Part shown: piece after piece, positions 47,941 through 60,600 of the stretch
Layout: every line of letters begins with the position of its first letter
Position numbering within the stretch: the first letter of the stretch is position 1
Source of the DNA: Squalus acanthias
Taxonomy: Eukaryota
NCBI GenBank assembly: GCA_030390025.1
Contig: CM059432.1
Location: forward strand, 86,802,001 to 86,866,000
Length of the DNA stretch: 64,000 nt
Reading direction: 5' to 3'
Position numbers and translations under genes: made by a program
The notes under the pieces: model-generated
Seen by the model: only the letters and a program-made list of their open reading frames with translations
Databases searched by the model: none
What the model was told of the DNA's origin: nothing

Positions 47941-48949
47941 GTTTCACAGCTAAGATCAGGAATATACTGCAAGTGGAAATGCAGCAGTTAATCTGTCCTA
48001 CCAGTCCACAGGACATCATGTTAGTATGGCACTAAGAGCCCGCACCACATAGCGAAACTGGTATTCAAGAAATCACCCAGCATTACATTGTCCTTTATAA
48101 AGCACAGATCCTCAAAAATACTTGCGGGGAAAAAAAGTCACTGCCATTGAGTACTACATTAAATCTGGCGTCCAAATTCACAAATTATCATCTATACTGA
48201 GAAAGAGGACACAACTCTACCGTTAATATGTGATTTATAGTTTTTTTTGTTAAAGTGCTAATATACTGCTGAAGACAACAATACCTTTATATACTCCAAT
48301 ACATGTCATGCACTTTTTGGTTGACTGTCAACCAGCTTTTATTACGCCACCTCTACCATACAAGGAAAGCAGAAAAACTCTGAACTATTTAGTACATATC
48401 AGCAATAATAATAGCCGGTTGTGCCTTTAAGGCTGTAATTAAATCTCAGCTCTATTGAGATCCATGAACTGCCTCAAGCTTCAAGCTCATGGTTTAGGAT
48501 CTCATCAGAACCCACAACTGAATTGAACCTTATACCTCCCTGACAGCTACTCATTATCCTGTAGTTTGCACAACCTTAAAATAAAGCTCCTTGAGATGCG
48601 TCAACCAAATAAAAACTTAAAAACTCAGTTACTGAACCACTGTTGTTGGGAGCCCCCAAGCTCCTGGCAGTGCCTCCATTCCCAGCACCAGTGCCTTTCT
48701 TCCTCAATAACTCTTCCTCTGTACAAATCAAGTGGAACTCTTTCATCCCCACGGCATCAACATTACTGGAAGACAGGTTGTCTCTCCTCCTCCAAACAGG
48801 AATTTTCACTCTCTTCCCCAACACCAAAGACCAATTTATTGCGCTCATTCTCTCTCCCCATCCACTGCAAACAGATCTCTCCATTCCCCTGACTTTCGTC
48901 TTTCTATTTACTACCTTGCAAAACGGTGCCTTTCTTCCACAATTCAAGA

Positions 48950-49175
48950 AATCATAGAATGATACATTCGGCCCATCGTGCCTGCGCCAGCTCTTTAAAA
49001 GAGCCATCGATTAGTCCCACTCACCTGCTAGGTGGGAAAGTAAGCTGTGAGGAGGACGCAACGATGCTGCAAAGCTATATGGGCCGGTTAAGTGATTGGG
49101 CAAGAAGGTGGCAGGTGGAGTATAATGTGGGGAAGTGTGAAATTATTCACTTTGGTAGGAAGAATGGAAAGGCGG
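48950..49175 (+). mobile_element. CR1 fragments: short minus-strand 3' end, then a plus-strand RT piece that resumes at 52886-53067
   Basis: LGGKVSCEEDA..WARRWQVEYNVGKCEIIHFGRKN; continuation [20 protein letters not shown] at 52886. Confidence 0.8.
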
Positions 49176-49260
49176 CAATGTTCCTGTATCTGCAAGGTCC
49201 CGCGCAGGCCGCTCACTGGCTTTTCCACTGTAGATACCGCGCATGTGCAAAAATTTGAAT
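49176..49260. mobile_element. hAT-like MITE, partial copy 5 (left half)
   Basis: CAATGTTCCTGTA followed by aggtcccgcgcaggcc..accgcgcatgtgcaaaaatttgaatg, similar to the interiors of copies 1 and 2; no right TIR. Confidence 0.6.
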
Positions 49261-49559
49261 GTTGGTATTCAGAGGGAGAACGCAGTGCAGGTGTAAAGGG
49301 GGTGGTGTGGAAGAACGTGATCCAGGCCTAACAGAGGGCGGAGAAAAGTGACCCATCTTCCCATTTGGATCACGTTTTTGCTCTCATCCACCCCTCCCTT
49401 AGACCTAGATCACATTCTCCCCACCACTGTTCTCACCATGCTCCAACCCCCAACAAGTCCCCGACGGTCTTTCCCGGAGTTCCTGACAGTCCCCAACTCC
49501 CCATGAGCTTGACCTTCACCTTCCCCACGCCACCCCCGCCAGCTTTTCTGGCCTTTTCC

Positions 49560-52500
49560 CCCCCTCGCCGATCCCCTCTCCCCCTTCGACCCATCCCCTC
49601 CCCTCTCCCCCCTTCGACCCGTCCCCTCCCCTCTCCCCCCTTCGACCCGTCCCCTTCCCCTCTCCCCCCTTCGACCCGTCCCCTTCCCCTCTCCCCCCTT
49701 CGACCCGTCCCCTCCCTTCGACCCGTCCCCTCCCCTCCCTTCGACTCCCCCTCCCCTCCCCCCTTCGACCCGTCCCCTCCCCCCCTTCGACCCGTCCCCT
49801 CCCCCCCTTCGACCCGTCACCTCCTCTCTCCCCCCTTCGACCCGTCCCCTCCCCCCCTTCGACCCGTCCCCTCTCCTCTTCCCCCCGCTTCGATCCCCTC
49901 TCCGTCCCCTCGCTTCCCTTCCCACCCCCCTCCCACGTCCCCTCACTTCCCTCCTCCCTCCCACGTCCCCTCGCTTCCCTTCCCACCCCCCTCCCACGTC
50001 CCCTCACTTCCCTCTTCCCTCCCACGTCCGCTCCCTTCCCTTCCCACCCCCCCTCCCACGTCCCCTTCCCTTCCCTTCCCACGTCCCCTCCCTTCCCTTC
50101 CCACCCTCCGCCCCTCCCACGTCCCCTCCCTTCCCTCCCCCCCTCCCACGTCCCCTCCCTTCCCTCCTCCCATCCCATGTCCCCTCCCTTCCTTCCACCC
50201 CCCCTCCCACGTCCCCACCCCCCCACGTCCCCTCCCTTCCCACCCCCCCTCTCCGTCCCCTCCCTTCCCTTCCCAACCCCCCTCTCCGTCCCCTCCCTTC
50301 CCTTCCCACCCCCCCTCTCCGTTCCCTCCCTTCCCTTCCCCCCCTCTCCGTCCCCTCCCTTCCCACCCCCCCTCTCCGTCCCCTCCCTTCCCTTCCCACC
50401 CCCCTTCTCCGTCCCCTCCCTTCCCTTCCCACCCCCCTTCTCCGTCCCCTCCTTCCCTTCCCACCCCCCTTCTCCGTCCCCTCCCTTCCCTTCCCACCCC
50501 CCCTCTCCGTCCCCTCCCTTCCCTTCCCACCCCCCCTCTCCGTCCCCTCCCTTCCCTTCCCACCCCCCCTCTCCGTCCCCTCCCTTCCCTTCCCACCCCC
50601 CCTCTCCGTCCCCTCCCTTCCCTTCCCACCCCCCCTCTCCGTCCCCTCCCTTCCCTTCCCACCCCCCCTCTCCGTCCCCTCCCTTCCCTTCCCACCCCCC
50701 CTCTCCGTCCCCTCCCTTCCCTTCCCACCCCCCCTCTCCGTCCCCTCCCCTCCCTTCCCACCCCCCCTCTCCGTCCCCTCCCCTCCCTTCCCACCCCCCC
50801 TCTCCGTCCCCTCCCTTCCCACCCCCCCTCTCCGTCCCCTCCCTTCCCACCCCCCCTCCCTTCCCACCCCCCCTCCCTTCCCACCCCCCCTCTCCGTCCC
50901 CTCCCTTCCCACCCCCCCTCTCCGTCCCCTCCCTTCCACCCCCCCTCCCACCCCCCCCCTCTCCGTCCCCTCCCACCCCCCCTCTCCGTCCCTCCCACCC
51001 CCCTCTCCGTCCCCTCCCACCCCCCCTCTCCGTCCCCTCCCTTCCCTTCCCCCCTCTCCGTCCCCTCCCTTCCCTTCCCACCCCCCCTCTCCGTCCCCTC
51101 CCTTCCCTTCCCACCCCCCCTCTCCGTCCCCTCCCCTCCCTTCCCACCACCCCTCTCTGTCCCCTCCCTTCCCACCCCCCCTCTCCGTCCCCTCCCTTCC
51201 CTTCCCACCCCCCCTCTCTCTGTCCCCTCCCTTCCCACCCCCCCTCTCCGTCCCCTCCCTTCCCTTCCCACCCCCCCTCTCTCTGTCCCCTCCCTTCCCA
51301 CCCCCCCTCTCCGTCCCCTCCCTTCCCTTCCCACCCCCCCTCTCCGTCCCCTCCCTTCCCTTCCCACCCCCCCTCTCCGTCCCCTCCCTTCCCTTCCCAC
51401 CCCCCCTCTCCGTCCCCTCCCTTCCCTTCCCACCCCCCCTCTCCGTCCCCTCCCTTCCCTTCCCACCCCCCCTCTCCGTCCCCTCCCTTCCCTTCCCTTC
51501 CCACCCCCTTCGTCCCCTCCCTTCCCTTCCCACCCCCTTCCCTTCCCACCGCCTTCGTCCCCTCCCTTCCCTTCCCACCCCCTTCGTCCCTCCCTTCCCT
51601 TCCCACCCCCTTCGTCCCCTCCCGCTTCGTCCTCTCCCTTCCCTTCCCACCCCCTTCCCTCCCCACCCCCTTCGTCCCCTCCTTCCCTCCCCACCCCCTT
51701 CGTCCCCTCCCTTCCCTCCCCACCCTCTTCGTCCCCTCCCTTCCCTCCCCACCCTCTTCGTCCCCTCCCTTCCCTCCCCACCCTCTTCGTCCCCTCCCTT
51801 CCCTCCCCACCCCCTTCGTCCCCTCCCTTCCCTCCCCACCCCCTTCGTCCCCTCCCTTCCCTCCCCACCCCCTTCGTCCCCCCCCCCACCCCCTTCGTCC
51901 CTCCCTTCCCTCCCCACCCCCTTCGTCCCCTCCCTTCCCTCCCCACCCCCTTCGTCCCTTCCCTCCCCACCCCCCTTCGTCCCTTCCCTCCCCACCCCCT
52001 TCGTCCCTTCCCTCCCCACCCCCTTCGTCCCTTCCCTTCCCACCCCCTTCGTCCCCTCCCTCCCCACCCCCTTCGTCCCCTCCCTCCCCACCCCCTTCGT
52101 CCCCTCCCTCCCCACCCCCTTCGTCCCCTCCCTTCCCTCCCCACCCACCCCCTTCGTCCCCTCCCTTCCCTCCCCACCCACCCCCTTCGTCCCCTCCCTT
52201 CCCTCCCCACCCCCTTCGTCCCCTCCCTTCCCTCCCCACCCCCTTCGTCCCCTCCCTTCCCTCCCCACCCCCTTCGTCCCCTCCCTTCCCTCCCCACCCC
52301 CTTCGTCCCTCCCTTCCCTCCCCACCCCCCTTCGTCCCCTCCCTTCCCTCCCCACCCCCTTCGTCCCTCCCTTCCCTCCCCACCCCCTTCGTCCCTCCCT
52401 TCCCTCCCCCACCCCCTTCGTCCCCACCCCCTTCGTCCCCTCCCTTCCCTCCCCACCCCCTTCGTCCCCTCCCTTCCCTCCCCACCCCCTTCGTCCCCTC

Positions 52501-52785
52501 CCTTCCCTCCCCACCCCCTTCGTCCCCTCCCTTCCCTCCCCACCCCCTTCGTCCCCTCCCTTCCCTCCCCTCCCCCTTCGTCCCCTCCCTTTCCTCCCCA
52601 CCCCCTTGTCCCCTCCCTTCCCTCCCCACCCCCTTCGTCCCCTCCCTTCCCTTCCCACAACCTTCGTCCCCTCCCTTCCCTTCCCTTCCCACAACCTTCG
52701 TCCCCTCCCTTCCCTTCCCTTCCCACCCCCTTCGTCCCCTCTCTTCCCTTCCCAGCCCCTTCGTCCCCTCTCTCCCCACCCTATG
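49560..52785. repeat. About 3.2-kb polypyrimidine/polypurine minisatellite array with drifting unit
   Basis: Successive blocks: cccttcgacccgtcccct; ccctcccacgtcccct; 33-bp ccccccctctccgtcccctcccttcccttccca; 29-bp cccccttcgtcccctcccttccctcccca. Confidence 0.95.
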
Positions 52786-55071
52786 CTCCGCCGCAACGTT
52801 TGGTACTGCGCATGCACGACCGGATCAAGTTCGCATGCGGAGTACGAAACGGGCGCACATGCGCAGAGTCAAAAGCGCTGTGCAAATAATCACTCCACAA
52901 TTATATAGGGCTTTAGTGAGACCACACCTGGAGTACTGTGTACAGTTTTGGTCTCCTTACCTAAGGAAGGATATACTTGTCTTAGAAGGGGTGCAACGAA
53001 GGTTCACACGATTGGTCCTTCAGATGAGTGGGCTGTCCTATGAGAGATTGAGTAGAATGGGCCTATAGTAAAGGAGCCTCTGGGGAAGAGTGATCATAAT
53101 ATGATAGCATTTTATATTGAGTTTGAGAGTGATGTAGTGAAGTACGAAACTAGGGTCTTAAATCTGAACAAAGCAAATTACATAGATATGAGGGGCGAGT
53201 TGGCTAAAGTAGATTGGGAAACTAGATTAAAAGATATGACAATAGATAATCAATGGCAAACATTTAAAGAATTAATTCATAATTCGCAACAAATATACAT
53301 TCCCCTAAGGAATAAAACTCCCACGGGAAAAGTAGTCGAACCGTGGCTAACAAGAGAAGTTAAAGATAGTATTAGATTAAAGGAAGAGGCTTATAATGTT
53401 GCCAAAAAGAGCAGTAAGCCTGAGGATTGGGAGGATTTTAGAATTCAGCAAAGGAGGACCAAGATATTGACAAAGAAAGAGAAAAGAGAATGAGAGGAAA
53501 CTAGCAAGAGACATAAAAACAGGTTGTAAAAGCTTCTATATGTATGTAAAAAGGAAGAGATTAGCAAAAGTAAACATGGGTCCCTTACAGGCAGAGACAG
53601 GAGAAATTATAATGGGGAATAAGGAAATGGCGGAGACATTAAACAAATACTTTGTATCTGTCATCACAGTAGAAGACAAAAAACATTCCGGAAAAAGTGG
53701 GGAACCACGGGTCTAGTGAGAATGAGGAACTTAAAGAAATTAGTATTAGTAAAGAAATAGTACTGGAGAAATTAATGGGACTAAAAGTCAAAAAATCCCC
53801 ATGACCTGGTGGCCTACATCCTAGGGTTTTAAAATTGGTGGCGACAGAGATAGTGGATATATTGATTTTGATTTTCCAGAATTCCCCAGATTCAAGGGAA
53901 TGCTCCCTGCGGATTGGAAGGTAGCAAACGTATCCCCACTATTCAAGAAAAGAGGGAAGAGAGAAAACAGGAAACTATAGGCCAGTTAGCCTGACATCAG
54001 TAGTCGGAAAAATGCTAGAATCTATTAGGGACGCGGTAATAGGGCAGTTAGAAAATCATAATATGATTGGGCAGAGTCAACACAGATTTATGAAAGGGAA
54101 ATCGTGCTTGACAAATCTGTTTTTTGAGGATGTAACTAGCAGGGTAGATAAAGGGGAACCAGTGGATGTAGTGCATTTGGATTTTCAAAAAGCATTCAAT
54201 AAGGTGCCACACAAGAGGTTATTACACAAAATCAGGGCTCATGGGATTGGGGGCTAGTACATGAGCATGGATTGAGGATTGGTTAATAGACAGAAAACAG
54301 AGAGTATGAATAAACGGGTCATTTTTGGGTTGGGAGGCTGTAACTAGTGGAGTACCGCAAGGATCAGTGCTTAGGCCTCAGCTATTTACAATCTATATCA
54401 ATGACTCAGATGAGGGGACTGAGTGTAATGTATCTAAGTTTGCTGACGATACAAAGTTAGGTGGGCAAGTAAGCTGTGAGGAGGACGCAAAGAGCTGCAA
54501 AGGGATATAGACAGGTTAAGTGAGTGGGCAAGAACATGGCAGATGGAATATAACGTGGAGAAGTGTGAAGTTATCCACTTTGGTAGGAAAAATAGAAAGC
54601 AGAATATTTTTAAATGGTGAGAGACTGGGAAATGTTGATATTCAGAGGGACTTGGGTGTCCTTGTACACGAATCACAAAGTTAACATGCAGGTACAGCAA
54701 GCAATTACGACAGCAAATGGTATGTTAGCCTTTATTACAATGGGATCGGAGTACAAGAGTAAAGAAGTCTTACTACAATTGTATAGGGCCTTGGTGAGAC
54801 TGCACCTGGAATACTGTGTACAGATTTGGTCTCCTTACCCAAGGAAGGATATGCCTTAGAGGGAGTGCAACGAAGGTTAACTAGACTGATTCCTGGGATG
54901 AGGGGATTGTCCTATAAAGAGAGATTGAGTAGACTAGGCCCATATTCCCCAGACTCTAGAAGAATGAGGGCTGATCTCATTGAAACATATTAACTTCTTA
55001 AGGGGCTTGACAGGGTAGATGCTGGGAGGATGTTTCCCCTGGCGAGCAAGTCTAGAACTAGGGGTCCCAGT

Positions 55072-57055
55072 CAGTGCTTCCTGTAAGGTGTGCAGCCGTG
55101 CACTGCTCCAGGGAACCCGCGCAGCAGGCTTGCCGGCATTTCAATGTAAAAACTGCACATGCGCATTATGGACAAACAGGGGGCTATAGGGGGAGAGGAG
55201 CTAAACACGATCAAAATCACTAAGGAAGTGGTACTCGGTAAAATAATGGGACTCAAGGCGGATAAATCACCTGGACCTGATGGCTTACATCCTAGAGTCT
55301 TGAAGGAAGTGGCGGTAGGGATTGTAGATGCATTGGTAATAATTTTTCAAAACTCCCTGGATTCCGCTAAGGTCCCGGCAGACTGGAAAACTGCTAATGT
55401 AACACCCTTATTTAAAAAGGGCAGTAGACAGAAGGCTGGTAACTATAGACCGGTTAGCCTAACATCTGTGGTAGGTAAAATTTTGGAGTCCATTATTAAG
55501 GAAACAGTAACAGGACATTTGGATAATCATAATTTAATAGGACAAAGTCAGCATGGTTTTACGAAGGGGAAGTCATGTTTGACAAATTTGCTGGAGTTCT
55601 TTGAGGAAGTAACATATAGAGTGGATAAAGGGGAACCAGTGGACGTAGTGTATTTAGACTTCCAAAAGGCATTTGACAAGGTGCCACATAAAAGATTATT
55701 GCTTAAGGTAAAAAATCACGGGATTGGGGGTAATATTCTGGCATGGATAGAGGATTGGCTATCTAACAGAAAGCAAAGAGTTGGGATAAATGGTTCATTC
55801 TCAGACTGGCAATCAGTAACTAGTGGTGTTCCACAGGGGTCAGTGCTGGGTCCCCAACTCTTTACAATCTATATTAACGATTTGGAGGAAGGGACCAAGT
55901 GTAACATATCAAAATTTGCAGATGATACAAAGATGGGAGGGAAAGTAGTGAGTGAGGAGGACATAAAAAACCTGCAAGGGGACATAGACAGGCTAAGTAA
56001 GTGGGCAGAGATTTGGCAGATGGAATACAACACTGGAAAGTGTGAGGTGATGCACTTTGGCAGGAAAAATCCTAGAGCAATTTATTATCTTAATGGCAAG
56101 AAACTGGAGAGTACTGAAGTGCAAAGGGATCTGGGGGTCCTGGTGCACGAAACTCAAAAGGTTAGTATGCAGGTGCAGCAAGTGATTAAGAAGGCAAATG
56201 GAATGTTGGCTTTCATTGCTAGGGGGATAGAATATAAAAATAGGGAGGTATTGCTTCAGTTGTACAAGGTATTGGTGAGACCGCACCTGGAATACTGCAT
56301 ACAGTTTTGGTGTCCTTACTTAAGGAAAGACATCCTTGCTCTCGAGGCAGTGCAAAAAAGGTTCACTCGGTTAATCCCGGGGATGAGGGGGTGGTCATAT
56401 GAGGAGAGGTTGGGTAGATTGGGACTCTACTCATTGGAGTTCAGAAGAATGAGAGGCGATCTTATTGAAACATATAAGATTGTGAAGGGGTTGGATCGGG
56501 TGGATGCGGGGAGGATGTTCCCGATGACGGGTGAGACGAGAACTAGGGGACATAGTCTTAGAATAAGGGGCTGCTCTTTCAAAACTGAGATGAGGAGGAA
56601 CTACTTCACTCAGAGGGTGGTAGGTCCATGGAATATGCTGCCACAAAAAGCTGTAGAAGCTACATCATTAAATAAATTTAAAACAGAAATAGACAGTTTC
56701 CTAGAAGTAAAGGGCATTAAGGGTTACGGGGAGCGGGCAGGAATTTGGACATGAGTCTAGGTTCGGATCGGTCATGGCCCTGTGGGTAGTGGAGCGGGCC
56801 CAGGGACCGTGTAGCCTGATTCTGCTCCTATTTCGTGTGTGCAATTCTGTTAGATGCAGGAGATGGTTCTGTGATAGATAGTAGATTGGCGGTTAGGATC
56901 AGATCAGCCATGATCTTATTGAATGGCGGAGCAGGCTCGAGGGGCCGATTGGCCTACTCCTGCTCCTATTTCTTATGTTCTTATTTTCAATTGCCCACTC
57001 AGTCCCTTAAAGGGGCCACCCAGCGCAAGGCCAAAAAAAATTACAGGGTGTATAG
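55072..57055. mobile_element. hAT-like MITE copy 6 (about 55072-55167 and 56985-57055), split by a young CR1
   Basis: Degenerate TIRs cagtgcttcctgtaa / ttacagggtgtatag; degenerate TSD gtcccagt / gtcagaga; interior motifs shared with the other copies. Confidence 0.68.
55168..56984 (+). mobile_element. Very young 5'-truncated CR1 with uninterrupted RT ORF (531 aa)
   Basis: ORF 55159-56754 has all RT motifs through the natural stop with no disablement; tail tttcttatgttcttat. Confidence 0.95.
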
Positions 57056-57364
57056 GTCAGAGACTCAGGATAAGGGGTTTGCCATTTAAGAGCGAGATGA
57101 GGAGGAATTTCTTCACTCAAAGGGTTGTGAATCTTTGGAATTCTATACCCCAGAGAGCTGTGGATGCTGAATCATTGAGTATATTCAAGATTGAAATAGA
57201 TAGATTTTTGGACTCTGGGTGAATCAAGAGATATGGACATCGGGCACGAAAGTGAAGTTGAGGTCGAAGATCAGCCATGATCTTATTGAATGATGGAGCA
57301 GGCTCAAGGGGTCGTATGGCCTACTCCTGCTCCTAATTATGTTATTACATTTACAAAGTGTTGA

Positions 57365-57646
57365 CAGTCACAGAATAAGGGGTCGGCCATTTAGGATTGA
57401 GGAGGAGGAGAAATTTCTTCACTCAAAGGGTTGTGAATCTGAAATTCTGTACCCTGGAGAGCTGTGGATCCTCAGTCATTGAGGATATCGATAGATTGTT
57501 GGATATTAAGGGAATCAAGGGATATGGGGATAGGACGGGAAAGTGGAGTTGATGTAGAGGATCTGCTGTGATCTTATTGAATGGGGAGCAGGCTCGAGGG
57601 CCCATATAGCTTACTACTGCTCCTATTTCTTATGTTCCTATGTTCT
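57365..57646 (+). mobile_element. CR1 3' end fragment
   Basis: gaggagaaatttcttcactcaaagggttgtgaatc.., 3'UTR stem-loop, tail tttcttatgttcctatgttc. Confidence 0.85.
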
Positions 57647-57656
57647 TTCCCCATAG

Positions 57657-60600
57657 CTGTGTACGGTAGCATAGTGGTAATGTTACTGGGCTAGTAATCC
57701 AGAGGCCTGGACTAATGATCTGGAGACGGGAGTTCAAATCCCACCATGGCAGCTGGGGAATTTAAATTCAGTTAATTAAATTAATCTGGAATAAAAAAGC
57801 TAGCATCGGTAATGAAACTATCGGATTGTCGTATGTCCTTTAGGGAAGGAAATTTGCCATCCTTACCTGGTCTGGCCTATATGTGACTCCAGATCCACAG
57901 TAATGTGGTTGACTTCCCTCAAATGGCCAAGCAAGCCACGAAAAACAAGAATAAAACCAGACGGACCACTGACATCGACCGGCTTTGGACACGACAACGG
58001 CACACCCAGCCCAGTCAACCCTGCAGAGTCCTCCTCATTAACATCTGGGGACTTGTGCCAAAATTGGGAGAGCTGTCCCACAGACTAGTCAAGCATCGGC
58101 CTGACAGTCATACCTACAGAATTATACCTTTCAGCCAATGTCCCAAACGCCTCCATCACCATCCCTGGATATGTCCTCCCTCAGCTGATGAATCAATGCT
58201 CCTTCATGTTGAACACCACTTGGGGGTAGCAAGGGCACAGAATGTACTCTTGGTAGGGGACTTCAACGTCCATCACCAAGAATGGCTCGGTAGCACCACT
58301 ACTGACTGAGCTAGCCGAGTCCTGAAAGACACAGCTGCCAGACTGGGCCTGTGTCAGGTGGTGAGAGAACCAACACAAGGGAGAAGCCTACTTGACCTCG
58401 TCCTTGTGGAGACAAAGTCCCGTCTTTACACTGAGGACCACCGTGTTGTGTGGCACTACCACCGTGCTAAATGGGATAGATTCAGAACAGATCTAGCAGC
58501 TCAAAACTGGGCATCCATGAGGCGCTGTGGGCCATTAGCAGCAGCAGAATTGTATTCCACCACAATCTGTAACCTCATGACCCGGTATATCCCTCACTCT
58601 GCTATTACCATCAAGCCAGGGGACCAAACCCGGTTCAATGAGTGCAGAAGAGCATGCACCAGGCATACCTAAAAATGAGGTGCTAACCTGGGAAGCTGCA
58701 ACACAGGACTACAGACATACTAAACAGCAGAAGCAGCATGCTATAGACAGAGCTAAGCAATCTCACAACCAGCGGATCAGATCAAAGCTCTGCAGTCCTG
58801 CCACATCCAGTCGTGAATGGTGGTGGGCAATTAAACAACTGATTGGAGGAGGAGGCTCCATGAATATCCCTATCCTCAATGATAGCGGAGCCCAGCACGC
58901 GTGTGCAAAAGACAAGGCTGAAGCGTTTGCAACCATCTTCAGCCAGAAGTGCCGAGTGGATGATCCCTCTCGGCCTCCTCCTGAGGTCCCCACCATCACA
59001 GAAGCCAGTCTTCAGCCAATTCGATTTACTCCACATGATAAAGAAATGGCTGAGCGCACTGGATACAGCAAAGGCTGTGGGCCCCGACAACATCCCGGCT
59101 GTAGTGCTGAAGACTTGTGCTCCAGAACTAGCCGTGCTTCTAGCCAAGCTGTTCCAGTACAGCTACAACACTGGCATCAACAAAAAGCAGGACAAATCCA
59201 ATCCGGCCAACTACCGCCCCATCAGTCTACTCTCAATTATCAGCAAAGTGATGGAAGGTGTCATTGACAGTGTTATCAAGTGGCACCTACTCACTAATAA
59301 CCTGCTAACCGATGCTCAGTTCGGGTTCCGCCAGGAACACACCGCTCCAGACCTCATTACAGCCTTGGTCCAAACATGGACAAAAGAGCTGAATTCCAGA
59401 GGTGAGGTGACATCAAGGCAGCATTTGAATGAGTGTGGCATCAAGAAGCCCAAGTAAAATTGAAGTCAATGGGAATCAGGGGGAAAACTTTCCACTGGCT
59501 GGAGTCGTACCTAGCACAAAGGAAGATGGTTGCGGTTGCTGGAGGCCAATCATCACAGCCCCAGGACATTGCTGCACAGAGTTCCTCAGGGCAGTGTCCT
59601 AGGCCCAACCATCTTCAGCTGCTTCAGTAACGCCACAGATAACGAAGCAGTCCGTGCTCGCATGCAGCAAGACCTGGATGACATTCAGGCTTGAGCTGAT
59701 AAGTGGCAAGTAACATTCTTGCCACACAAGTGCCAGGCAATGACTATCTCCAACAAGCGATAGTCTAACCACCTCCAACAAGCGATAGTCTAACCACTGC
59801 CCCATGGTATTCAACAGCAGAACCATCGCCGAATCCCCCACCATCAATATCCTGGGGGTCACCAGTGACTAGAAACCAGCCACATAAATACTGTGGCTAC
59901 AAGAGCAGGTCAGAGGCTGGGTATTCTAAGAACATAAGAAATAGGAGTAGGCCATTCGGCCCTTCGAGCCTGCTCCGCCATTTAATGAGATCACGGCTGA
60001 TCTTCTGCCTCAACTCCATTCTGCCCTATTGCCATATCCCTTGATGCTCTTACTAGTCAGAAATCTATCGACTTCTGTTTTGAATATACCCAATGACTGA
60101 GCCTCCACAGCCCTCTGGGGTAGAGAATTCCAAAGATTCACCACCCTCTGTGTGAAGAAATTTCTTCTCATCTCAGTCCTGAATGGCCTACCCTTTATCT
60201 CAAGGCTGTGGTCCCTGGTTCTAGACTCCCCAGCCAAGGGAAACATTCTCCCAGCATCCATCATATCAAGCCCTGTAATAATTTTGTATGCTTCAATGAG
60301 ATCCCCTCATTCTTCTGAATTCAAGAGAATACAGGCCGAGTTTACTCAATCTCCTCTCATATGACAGTCCCGCCATCCCAGGAATCAATCTCGTGAACCT
60401 TCGTTGCACTCCCTCGATGGCAAGTATATCCTTCCTTAGGTAAGGAGACCAAAATTGTACACAGTACTCCAGGTGTGGTCTCACCAAGGCCCTATATAAT
60501 TGGAATAAGACTTCTTTACTCCTGTACTCAAATCCTCTTGTAATGAAGGCCAGCATACCATTTGTCTTCCTAATGGCTTGCTGCACCTGCACATTCACTT

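Larger units (their letters stand above)
53070..57345 (+). mobile_element. Degraded CR1 ORF2 to 3'UTR, interrupted at 55072-57055
   Basis: Continuous CR1 motifs with stops and frameshifts. The host motif gggtcacagtctcaggataaggg is split by the insertion. Confidence 0.88.

Noticed and set aside
49365..53068. Five overlapping 927-1174 aa Pro-rich or Gly-rich ORFs
   Set aside because: They arise from a C-rich minisatellite that lacks stop codons on both strands; no domain content.
57661..57750. tRNA gene candidates at A/B-box sites (also 26914 and 41340-41416)
   Set aside because: No complete cloverleaf or T-run terminator; they are heads of retroelements.
59748..59797. Exact 25-bp tandem duplication
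   Set aside because: Ordinary local slippage within a dead LINE copy.
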